Below, one piece after another: positions 47,272 through 54,851 of a DNA stretch of 64,000 nucleotides. The number at the start of each line of letters is the position of its first letter. The first letter of the stretch is position 1. A program made the position numbers and the translations under genes. The DNA comes from a virus (taxonomy: Duplodnaviria > Caudoviricetes), in the IMG/VR virus record IMGVR_UViG_3300022719_000071, positions 224,001-288,000 of that record; one strand, written 5' to 3'. The notes below the pieces were generated by a model. That model was not told the origin of the DNA. It did no database searches and saw only the letters and a list, made by a program, of their open reading frames with translations.

Positions 47272-47508
47272 CATTGCTGTAAACGTGGGCAAAAGCAGGA
47301 GCCTGTCGAAAGCGGGGAATAAACCCTAGTCTATCACGAGCACAGGGTGGCCATGCGGTGCGAAGAACACGTGATGATCCAAGCGGTGAACCCGAAGGGT
47401 AGCGTGACCGACCGAGCGGAGCCGGAAAACTATACGTAAGCCCGATGGCGCTGACGGTAGGCAATCGGTAGAATCGTTGCCGGGAATAGTAGATCCGGTA
47501 CAGCAATG
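47272..47508 (+). ncRNA. Candidate structured ncRNA C (unassigned, about 237 nt)
   Basis: 10-bp terminal stem CATTGCTGTA/TACAGCAATG starting just after TTGACA...TAAATA; GC-rich internal stems; no credible ORF. Confidence 0.65.
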
Positions 47509-47544
47509 TTGCTCCACAGGCATAGATAACGATGTAAAGCCAAT

Positions 47545-47619
47545 GCCGATGTAGTTTAGTTGGTAAAACCGGGCACTCGTAACGCTCAGTCGTCAGTTCG
47601 ATTCTGACCATCGGCTCCA
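47545..47619 (+). tRNA. trnT: tRNA-Thr(CGU)
   Basis: Anticodon loop CTCGTAA; CCA end. Confidence 0.88.
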
Positions 47620-47800
47620 AGTAGAATTGTTGAAGTCAGCAAAGGCGAATCATGGCACAGGATTGACATGATGTACCTACGTCTCGGTGAACGAGTCCTA
47701 TCCCTACACATATCGCACATCGGATGGTATAAAGATTGTGGACGTTGAAGCGTAACAGACATAAAGCCCAGGTAGTGGAAATTGAATCGTATCTCCTGAC

Positions 47801-48034
47801 ATGCCCAAGATTACCGCATACCTCAGCATCTTCGAGCAAAAGCTTGAAAAGATTCGTCACGATATCAAGAAGGCAGAGAAAGAGAAGAAACCCGACCTTG
47901 AGCGACTTCGTAAAGAAGCCAAGAAGCTAGAAGATCTCGTGGGTGAAATGAAAGAAAAGAATAGGGTCAATATTGAATGTCCGAAGTGTGGTGAGAGATT
48001 CCGTACTCCAATCGAAAATGTGAAAATAAAGTAA
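47801..48034 (+). CDS. Coiled-coil plus Zn-ribbon small protein
   Basis: CPKCGERF motif. Confidence 0.6.
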   Translation: MPKITAYLSIFEQKLEKIRHDIKKAEKEKKPDLERLRKEAKKLEDLVGEMKEKNRVNIECPKCGERFRTPIENVKIK

Positions 48035-48357
48035 TGTACCCGTATGAATCCCTTGATGTGGAGGACAAAGGTTACGACGGTTCACCTATTCGGTATCTCC
48101 TCTGCCACAGCGAATTCTGGCCATCCACGGACAACATAGATCAAGCAGAGTTTGTGGTCAGGGTGACACCGGAACAGGATTTTTCTTTCCAGGTTTGGGA
48201 AATATCCACATATGTGTTTTTCTCCGAGATACCTGATGTTAAGGATATCCCCTTCTGTGTCACGGAACTAAAAGATTATCAAATAGGTTTAATAGAGGCA
48301 TTCGAATTGTTGACGATCTATGACGTTCGGGCTGATAAGATGCAGGGTAGTGGTTGA
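48034..48357 (+). CDS. Hypothetical protein
   Basis: TAATG coupling. Confidence 0.5.
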   Translation: MYPYESLDVEDKGYDGSPIRYLLCHSEFWPSTDNIDQAEFVVRVTPEQDFSFQVWEISTYVFFSEIPDVKDIPFCVTELKDYQIGLIEAFELLTIYDVRADKMQGSG

Positions 48358-48442
48358 AATTCTTGACTTCTTTCTGAACCAGTGCTAAATATACTGCACA
48401 GTATTTGCCCTTGTGGCTCAAGTCCATTCATAGCAGGCGTAT

Positions 48443-48528
48443 GGGGTTGTGGTGGAATGGCAGACACGGCGGACTTAAAATCCGTTGACCGCAAGGTCGT
48501 GTGGGTTCGAATCCCTCCAGCCCTACCA
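48443..48528 (+). tRNA. trnL: tRNA-Leu(UAA)
   Basis: GCGGA-CTTAAAA-TCCGT; long variable arm; CCA end. Confidence 0.92.
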
Positions 48529-48595
48529 ATTAGATGATATGGTTTCAGAACCTATTGACATTGGATGTAAATAGAGTTAATATACTAACATATTG

Positions 48596-48657
48596 GGGGT
48601 CGTAGCTCAGTCTGGTAGAGCGATAGGTTGAAGCCCTGTGCGACGGTGGTTCCTACC
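48596..48657 (+). pseudogene. Truncated tRNA-Phe(GAA)
   Basis: Intact D-arm and anticodon arm (TTGAAGC); T-loop collapsed to TTC; 3' acceptor strand missing. Confidence 0.6.
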
Positions 48658-48963
48658 ATAAAGGAGAATATGCATGCGGTACTCGGTGGCTTAGAAGATA
48701 TTGAGTATGGTTCATGGATACTGGCCTCATCCGAGGTTAAGTCTGTGAAAGTAGAAGCGGGATAAACTCCGTGGAATGAGTGATACACAATGGACTACTG
48801 AGTTGCCATCCCGAAAGGGGGAGGAGCATGCCGCTACAGATTGTCTAGATGCAAGTATGACGCCTGTAGTGTTTAGATTAGGACGTGACCAAAATTGAAA
48901 TGCGGTTATCTCTTGAGTATGGATTCACGTTGCTTACAACTATGCTCGGGAGATAATATCTTA

Positions 48964-49039
48964 GCCATCATGGCGCAATTGGAAGCGCAGTTCCCTTGTA
49001 AGGAAAAGGTTGTGGGTTCGACTCCCTCTGATGGCTCCA
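48964..49039 (+). tRNA. trnT: tRNA-Thr(UGU)
   Basis: Anticodon loop CTTGTAA; CCA end. Confidence 0.9.
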
Positions 49040-49041
49040 AT

Positions 49042-49127
49042 GCCCAGGTGGTGGAAACAGGTAGACACGCTGTCCTCAGAAGGCAGTGCCATATGGCGTG
49101 AAGGTTCGAATCCTTTCCTGGGCACCA
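49042..49127 (+). tRNA. trnL: tRNA-Leu(CAG)
   Basis: CTGTC-CTCAGAA-GGCAG; long variable arm; CCA end. Confidence 0.92.
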
Positions 49128-49156
49128 TTTCATTTTGAATCGTAGGAAATGAAATT

Positions 49157-49575
49157 ATGGACCCGATTATTATAATGGGTCTTTTGTTGACCAAACACCT
49201 AGTGTTTGATTTCTTCCTTCAAAGTCCATTCCAATACCTCAATAAAGGAACCGACGGGCAATCCGGGCGGGATTCTTCACGCTTCGATGCACGGCTTCTG
49301 GTCGTTTCTTCTACTTGCAAGCATCACGGTACACCTAGATATTCCTTCTGCTATGCCTATGGTTTGGTTTATATGCTTCTTAGAAGGCATCATTCACTAT
49401 CACATGGATTGGTTCAAGATCTGATGGTGCAAACGACAGAACTACAAGCCCCATACTGACCTCGGTTGCAACCTCAAACAAGCTCACTGGTGGTGGGTAG
49501 GAATTGATCAATAAATGCATCTGATGTGCTACTTGGGAATGACCTGGGCTATGGTGAAACTTCTTAGCCCTTGAC
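49157..49575 (+). pseudogene. DUF3307-family membrane protein pseudogene
   Basis: KHLVFDFFLQ..YLNKG / GNPGGILHA / HYHMDWFK / GIDQ*MH split by a +1 frameshift near 49256 and in-frame TGA and TAA. Confidence 0.8.
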
Positions 49576-49609
49576 AATGCGCCCGTAAATAGATAGGTTA
49601 TTAACAATT

Positions 49610-49698
49610 GGAAGAGTGCCGGAGTTGGTCAAACGGGCCTCCCTGCTAAGGAGTGCGTCCTTCGGGGCACGAGAGTTCGAATCTCTCCTCTTCCGCCA
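49610..49698 (+). tRNA. trnS: tRNA-Ser(GCU)
   Basis: Anticodon loop CTGCTAA; long variable arm; CCA end. Confidence 0.9.
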
Positions 49699-49720
49699 CA
49701 TGTGAAGAAAACTACACTGA

Positions 49721-49814
49721 AGTGGGTTGCAGGAGATAGGACAAACTGGCCTCCCTGGAAAGGAGTGCGTCGGTGAAAATCGGCACGAGGGTTCGAATCC
49801 CTCACCCACTGCCA
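49721..49814 (+). tRNA. trnS: tRNA-Ser(GGA)
   Basis: Anticodon loop CTGGAAA; long variable arm; CCA end. Confidence 0.9.
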
Positions 49815-49821
49815 ACAATAA

Positions 49822-49912
49822 GGAAGGGCTACCGGATAGGAGACCGGCGCAGTCTTGAAAACTGTTTGAGCCAGCAACGGCTTTGTGGGTTCGAATCCCA
49901 CCCCTTCCGCCA
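49822..49912 (+). tRNA. trnS: tRNA-Ser(UGA)
   Basis: GCAGT-CTTGAAA-ACTGT; long variable arm; CCA end. Confidence 0.92.
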
Positions 49913-50000
49913 GATGACTTTCATAGAAGTAACTCGTTGACAAGCTGAACAAGCGTTACTACATTCAAATTGCATTGCGAACGTGACTTGAGCAACGGTA

Positions 50001-50588
50001 ATGACAGTCCATCCATATGACCATCTGACGACTTCCATAGCACAAACTCGTTATGCAATGGCAGCAAACTTTCTTAATGACTGTCGGTTGGTTCTGGAAA
50101 TTGGTGGTAGCAGGTACTGTTCTATTGATTCTTTCATGACCGACGAAAGAGAACGAGTCTTAGTCGTTGGAAATGACATCCTCGATATGGAAGTCTGGGA
50201 AGATGGAGTTCGCTACTTCAACAATTCTGTTGAAGATTTCCCATTCGGCCAACATCTAAACGGATATAATGAGGGTAATATTGGACTCTGTATCCTTGGC
50301 TTAGAACTACTTCCCAAGCAACCTGACACCGATCCTTTAGCGGTACTCATTAGTGAGATCCATCGTTTTGACAAAGTGGTAATAGACTACGTTACAACCA
50401 ACGAACTGGCTTCTCGACAGAGCATTATCTTGTCCGGTGCATTACAAGCTGCGGATATTGAGTTAGTAATCGATATGGTGTTTGAGTGGCAATTCGACCG
50501 TAAGTATTTTGTAACCAAAGAAGCTCAGGGTTTAGAGCCTAGCCCGAGCTTCTTCAGGCAACGCAGGCTCATGGTATTTGAACGATGA
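50001..50588 (+). CDS. Hypothetical protein (possible degenerate Rossmann/MTase fold)
   Basis: VLEIGG motif only. Confidence 0.5.
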   Translation: MTVHPYDHLTTSIAQTRYAMAANFLNDCRLVLEIGGSRYCSIDSFMTDERERVLVVGNDILDMEVWEDGVRYFNNSVEDFPFGQHLNGYNEGNIGLCILGLELLPKQPDTDPLAVLISEIHRFDKVVIDYVTTNELASRQSIILSGALQAADIELVIDMVFEWQFDRKYFVTKEAQGLEPSPSFFRQRRLMVFER

Positions 50589-51022
50589 GACATATACTAG
50601 CACTGATACTACTAGCTGCATTTTGTATTCCAGCACAAGCTGATGAACCAAATCTCACAGTCTACGCATTAGGCAATAATCGATGCGAAGGATGTGGAGA
50701 ATTCTCTTTGTTCGTGGGTCGCTTCTACGACGAAACGAAGTGGGCAAAGCTAGCCAAACTGGAGCGTGTGACCATAGACCAAAGAACTCCGCAATTAATC
50801 CCGTCCTGGTACAAAGAAGCATTTCTGGATGGCAGAACTTCGAAACCAGGACATCTACCGATGTTCATGATTTGGGCCAAAACAACCAAGTATCCAGAGA
50901 AAGGACGTGAGATCGGTCGGTTCTATGGATTCGAAGGTGGAGCCGGTGAATGGTACATCAACCTCGAACTTATGTTGGATGCTATCACGACACGGATGAA
51001 GGATGGGGTTTTTCAAGAATGA
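50585..51022 (+). CDS. Secreted thioredoxin-like protein
   Basis: Signal peptide; CEGC (CxxC) after a beta strand; LP.F and REIGRFYGF. Confidence 0.65.
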   Translation: MRHILALILLAAFCIPAQADEPNLTVYALGNNRCEGCGEFSLFVGRFYDETKWAKLAKLERVTIDQRTPQLIPSWYKEAFLDGRTSKPGHLPMFMIWAKTTKYPEKGREIGRFYGFEGGAGEWYINLELMLDAITTRMKDGVFQE

Positions 51023-51474
51023 GTGATGAGCTAAATCTGGAAATTCTTCCAGATAGCGATCCACGACTGCATACTAAGAGCGAGGTCGTGAACATTTACA
51101 AAGAGCCAGATCTTCGAGCTATCATCGAAGAGATGTTCCGTTTGATGCTGAAGCATGATGGCATGGGTCTTGCTGCGCCACAGGTTGGTATCAACAAGCG
51201 ATTCTTCATCATGTTTCATGAGAACAAGCTACACGTATGCATCAACCCATCCATTATCAAGAAAGCACGGGAACTTGAAGTGGACAGAGAAGGGTGTTTG
51301 TCGTTCCCTGGTTTGACCCTAAATATCCAAAGGCCCAAAGATGTCCGTGTAGCTTTTCAGGACATCTTGGGTCACCGACAGAAGAAAAAGTTCACTGGCA
51401 TCTTAGCCCGATGCTTTCAGCATGAACTCGATCATCTGAACGGCATTGTTTTCACGGAGAAAGCGAACGAGTAA
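51019..51474 (+). CDS. def: Peptide deformylase
   Basis: GMGLAAPQVG, EGCLS and QHELDHLNG motifs. Confidence 0.96.
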   Translation: MSDELNLEILPDSDPRLHTKSEVVNIYKEPDLRAIIEEMFRLMLKHDGMGLAAPQVGINKRFFIMFHENKLHVCINPSIIKKARELEVDREGCLSFPGLTLNIQRPKDVRVAFQDILGHRQKKKFTGILARCFQHELDHLNGIVFTEKANE

Positions 51475-51475
51475 A

Positions 51476-51796
51476 ATGGCTGTGTTCAATATCATAGATG
51501 GACGAACTAATGAATTTAATCCCAACTGTGATGTTGTCTTCGAAGTTTTCGCTGATGATTGGACAGACTACAACCTTCCCGCTAACACAAAAGACTTCAC
51601 CGAATGGGTTACAAACACTAGTATCTACAGCGCACTCATGGTTGGAATGAAGTTCTCTGGATGTGTTACGATCTACTTCTATGACGAAGGTATGGTACCT
51701 CGTGATCATGGATACCTTGCCGCCGTTCATCCCAAGCTCAAGAAACATCAACTGAACATGGTACGGTATGATCCAAAGCTATTGAGAAACTATTGA
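51476..51796 (+). CDS. Hypothetical protein
   Basis: ORF 1 nt after the def stop. Confidence 0.55.
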   Translation: MAVFNIIDGRTNEFNPNCDVVFEVFADDWTDYNLPANTKDFTEWVTNTSIYSALMVGMKFSGCVTIYFYDEGMVPRDHGYLAAVHPKLKKHQLNMVRYDPKLLRNY

Positions 51797-52083
51797 TGCT
51801 AACGAAAGTCGAAGTTCATAACGACTGGATGTTCATCGACTCTGTAGCAGAGAGTATCGAAGATTGCCTGGACAACGATTGGGCCTCGGAAGGAGTTGAT
51901 TACACCTGGGTAAACCCTAAAGTTCTACGATTGTTGATTCCTCCGAAGGTATCCTATGCCGAGGTAATCGAGGACATTAGTAGACTAATAGTTCAACACC
52001 AGGATTCTATGACCTTCATTCCCATTCGACTCATTCGACCTTTTTCCATCCAACCCCTTGACATCCTACCCCTGGAATGGTAA
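51793..52083 (+). CDS. Hypothetical protein
   Basis: Coupled ORF. Confidence 0.5.
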   Translation: MMLTKVEVHNDWMFIDSVAESIEDCLDNDWASEGVDYTWVNPKVLRLLIPPKVSYAEVIEDISRLIVQHQDSMTFIPIRLIRPFSIQPLDILPLEW

Positions 52084-52089
52084 ATTACC

Positions 52090-52480
52090 CACGTCGCTCG
52101 GGACAATAACTCTCCTGGGATGACACATAGATTAACCTAGACACGTAGATTAACTTAGACAAAGATATTAACGGAGACAAAGAGAAACACGACCGGAAAC
52201 ATTGAATTCAAAGCGGTCTCCTATGCGTAGATGATTGGGTAGAGACCGGCCCGTAGAAAATGACAAACAGGTGTTTCCAACAAGGTCGTACCCCGCAATG
52301 GGAGGAGTGGGTGAGGAAGCCGGGGGGGTAAAACCCCCGGCGACCTCTAACTGAAACGAAACAGGCAAAAAGCCAAAGGAGGACGCCTTCTAAACGCAAA
52401 GCAACGTGAAAGCCGTTATTTTGATTAAAGAAGTTGTTTGAAACAGGTGAAGCCGGGGGGTAAAACCCCCGGTGGATCCA
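52090..52480 (+). other. Non-coding element D: 18-bp tandem repeats plus two copies of a G/C hairpin (ncRNA or origin candidate)
   Basis: GACACATAGATTAACCTA-like units at 52122, 52140 and 52158; GAAGCCGGGGGG(G)TAAAACCCCCGG at about 52316 and 52449; stems ACGACC/GGTCGT, GGAAACA/TGTTTCC, GGTCTC/GAGACC. Confidence 0.55.
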
Positions 52481-52484
52481 AACC

Positions 52485-52515
52485 TTGACTTTTGAATGAG
52501 AAGGTACTATAAATA
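52485..52515 (+). promoter_or_regulatory. Composite promoter TTGACT-N17-TATAAATA
   Basis: Precedes the largest tRNA array. Confidence 0.78.
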
Positions 52516-52697
52516 CTACCATGAACATTCGACGCCACAAATTTCATAATAACCGCATTAGCATCAGCTAAGCCACGGCATCGTCTTGCCCTGGCTCAGC
52601 GAAGTCGGGGAAAGCCCTCACCAACCTCCCTCCCAGACTATAAACCCAACATGGTGACCCCTTTCCGGGGGTAACAGAGTGGTGATGACATAACAAT

Positions 52698-52774
52698 GTC
52701 CCTGTAGCTCAACTGGACAGAGCACCGGTCTACGAAACCGAAGGTTAGAGGTTCGAATCCTCTCAGGGATGCCA
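52698..52774 (+). tRNA. trnR: tRNA-Arg(ACG)
   Basis: Anticodon loop CTACGAA; CCA end. Confidence 0.92.
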
Positions 52775-52783
52775 AGAGAAAAG

Positions 52784-52861
52784 CCTGGGGTGGCTCGTCT
52801 GGTAGAAGGCACCCGCCTGATAAGCGGGTACAGGAAGGTTCGATTCCTTCCCCCAGGACCA
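52784..52861 (+). tRNA. trnI: tRNA-Ile(GAU)
   Basis: CCCGC-CTGATAA-GCGGG; CCA end. Confidence 0.9.
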
Positions 52862-52992
52862 AACAAGCATTGCTTGAACTGGGGTTGAAAGTAGGCAAGG
52901 TAAGTGATCATAGCCGTGCTGAGGATAGACCGGGGAATGACCCTCGTTGCAGAGTCGGCGTTGGAAGTACAGAGCCCCCACCCAAGCATTAT

Positions 52993-53069
52993 GCCTCCGT
53001 AGCTCAGTTGTATAGAGCGTCTGGCTTCGAACCAGAAGGTCGTGGGTTAGAGTCCTACCGGGGGTGCCA
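52993..53069 (+). tRNA. trnR: tRNA-Arg(UCG)
   Basis: TCTGG-CTTCGAA-CCAGA; variant T-loop TTAGAGT; CCA end. Confidence 0.88.
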
Positions 53070-53127
53070 AAACGGCAGGGAACGTCGCCGTAAACAAGAC
53101 GTGACAAGCGGGAGAGACCGCAGCAAT

Positions 53128-53202
53128 GGTGAAGTTAAGATAGCGGTTAATCCTCCGCACTGTGACTGCGGCTACACCGGTTCGAATCCGGTACTTCACC
53201 CC
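53128..53202 (+). tRNA. trnH: tRNA-His(GUG)
   Basis: CCGCA-CTGTGAC-TGCGG; encoded G-1:C73; CCA incomplete (CCG). Confidence 0.85.
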
Positions 53203-53208
53203 GAATTT

Positions 53209-53247
53209 GGGATTGTAGCAAATGTTGGCTTGCTCCCGGCTCTTAAC
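53209..53247 (+). pseudogene. 5' half of a tRNA-Lys(CUU)
   Basis: GGGATTG-TAGCAA..TTGCT-CCCGG-CTCTTAA-C, after which homology stops. Confidence 0.6.
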
Positions 53248-53333
53248 TAGTAAACAGTTTAAGACACAGAGGAATTCGATAGATACAAACGCCAGAGACG
53301 AATAATCGTTCCTGGGAAACAAGTAATAGAAAT

Positions 53334-53409
53334 GGACTCGTAGCTCAATTGGCAGAGCACCCGGCTCTTAACCCGGGGGTTGCAGGATCGTTGCCTGCCG
53401 AGTCCACCA
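53334..53409 (+). tRNA. trnK: tRNA-Lys(CUU), copy 1
   Basis: Loop CTCTTAA; C.C mismatch in the anticodon stem; T-loop ATCGTTG; CCA end. Confidence 0.85.
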
Positions 53410-53414
53410 AACAT

Positions 53415-53489
53415 GGCTCTGTAGCTGAGATGGATTAGCGCCTGTCTGAAGAACAGGAGAGGTTGGTTCGATTCCAACCGGAGCCACCA
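53415..53489 (+). tRNA. trnF: tRNA-Phe(GAA)
   Basis: CCTGT-CTGAAGA-ACAGG; CCA end. Confidence 0.92.
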
Positions 53490-53494
53490 AACAT

Positions 53495-53563
53495 GGGTCG
53501 ATTGTGACTGATTATCGTTCTCACAAGGCCGTGGTCGTGGGTTAGAGTCCCACCTTACCTCTA
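53495..53563 (+). pseudogene. Degenerate tRNA, possibly Val(CAC)
   Basis: Intact T-arm GTGGG-TTAGAGT-CCCAC and loop CTCACAA; broken D and acceptor stems. Confidence 0.4.
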
Positions 53564-53623
53564 CAATGGGTAAGGTAGATCACGTAAAAACGTCGGTTAC
53601 GCCCACTTATCCGTGTTTGATTT

Positions 53624-53699
53624 GGGTCCATAGCTCAATTGGCAGAGCTGCTGACTCTTAATCAGTAGGTTGGAGGTTCGAGTCCTCCTGGACCCACCA
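53624..53699 (+). tRNA. trnK: tRNA-Lys(CUU), copy 2
   Basis: GCTGA-CTCTTAA-TCAGT; CCA end. Confidence 0.92.
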
Positions 53700-53751
53700 A
53701 GGAGATGCAATGCTGACTTGATCAATTGGCACTCGGTTATGCAGTGACGAT

Positions 53752-53868
53752 GGGATCGTAGTTCAACGGTAGAATACTGGACTTTTACACTTCGGGGTGG
53801 CAAATTTAATTGGATGCGGCTCCGTCTAATCCAGGAGATGTGGGTTCGAATCCACGCCGGTCCCACCA
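53752..53868 (+). tRNA. trnK: tRNA-Lys(UUU) interrupted by a 41-nt anticodon-loop insertion (53788-53828)
   Basis: Acceptor GGGATCG/CGGTCCC-A-CCA; anticodon stem CTGGA/TCCAG; loop CTTTTA|insert|A. Confidence 0.8.
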
Positions 53869-53870
53869 AA

Positions 53871-54130
53871 GCTCAATGGGCAAAGTCATGAGACACTAGT
53901 AGGAAACTGCCCGAGAAGCGTATGTGAGTCGTAGCGGTCTCTACGAACAAGCGAGTTGCGCTTGACTTACAATGGTGAACGTAATATGATTTACTTGAAC
54001 AGAATTCGAGCACGCTGAGGTAACATTCAAGCAGGATGTAGAGAAGAAGTTCTACGGTAAGTGCCGCTGTCCTGAAGCTCACATTCCAACCGAGAGGGTA
54101 ATGAAGACGTTGTGTGAGAAGCACAACCTT
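53871..54130 (+). ncRNA. Candidate structured ncRNA B (unassigned)
   Basis: Stems GGGCA/TGCCC, CGTAG/CTACG, CAAGCG/CGCTTG, CTTGAA/TTCAAG, CAGGA/TCCTG, ATGTGAG/CTCACAT and GTTGTG/CACAAC; no credible ORF. Confidence 0.5.
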
Positions 54131-54142
54131 TAGGAGAGAACG

Positions 54143-54541
54143 ATGGCAAAGAAGACTGTCCGTAGAAAGGCTACCGATCCAAAGATGCTTACCATCAGGA
54201 AGGACATCGATCTCAGCCATTTGAATTCCAGTCCGTTATCCCACGTCATCAAAACACTTCAGGAACTTGCGGACAGCGAGGGTTGCGATCCGGACTTGTC
54301 TCACGTAGAGTTTGAATACGAGCGTGGATACTACGATGAGTTATCCATAACACTAATGGTGCACGCAGTACACGAAAGATTGGAAACTGAGAAGGAAGTG
54401 GAGAAGCGGATCGAACAGGCACGCAAGACTCGTGAGAGTAGGAAGAGAGCCAAGGAGGAGCAAAAGGCCAAGGAGATCATGGAACGTGATCGACTACTGG
54501 AAAGGTATCCATTGGACACTGTGCCACCTGTGATGGACTAA
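54143..54541 (+). CDS. Hypothetical protein with charged coiled-coil C-terminus
   Basis: AGGAG RBS. Confidence 0.65.
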   Translation: MAKKTVRRKATDPKMLTIRKDIDLSHLNSSPLSHVIKTLQELADSEGCDPDLSHVEFEYERGYYDELSITLMVHAVHERLETEKEVEKRIEQARKTRESRKRAKEEQKAKEIMERDRLLERYPLDTVPPVMD

Positions 54542-54575
54542 TAAATATACATCACACGAATAGGAGGAACCCAGA

Positions 54576-54739
54576 ATGGGAAGTACACGATTACAGATTA
54601 TCTCTGGTGTCTCCTGTTCCACAGGAAGTACCACCGTCGTATTGTATATCATATAATGCCCGGGAAAAAGCTTCGAGTGAGTGAGTGCAAGAAATGTCAT
54701 GCACAGTTCTTGCGTGAACGAGTTGAAGATGTAATCTAA
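54576..54739 (+). pseudogene. Small Cys/His-rich ORF with a 1-nt frameshift at codons 2-3
   Basis: AGGAGG RBS and ATGGGAAG; the shifted frame reads KYTITDYLWCLLFHRKYH...ECKKCH. Confidence 0.45.
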
Positions 54740-54777
54740 TGCGGTGAAAGCATTTAAGTAATTATAAATACAACTGA

Positions 54778-54851
54778 AGGAAGGTAACTCAGTCGGTCAG
54801 AGTTCTCGTCTTATAAGCGAGCGGTCGTGGGTTCGAGTCCCACCCTTCCTA
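54778..54851 (+). tRNA. trnI: tRNA-Ile(UAU)
   Basis: CTCGT-CTTATAA-GCGAG; AGGAAGG/CCTTCCT acceptor; no encoded CCA; TATAAATA just upstream. Confidence 0.85.

Noticed and set aside
52300-52480. Permuted alphaproteobacterial tmRNA or RNase P RNA
   Set aside because: CCGGGGG..CCCGGCG resembles the alpha tmRNA T-arm, but there is no G3.U70 acceptor, CCA or ANDN..AA tag. The GAGGAAG similarity to RNase P lacks the distal P4 partner.
53782-53829. Amber suppressor (CUA) generated from the interrupted tRNA
   Set aside because: Joining CT to CTAA gives only a 6-nt loop; 7-nt joins give UUU or UCU
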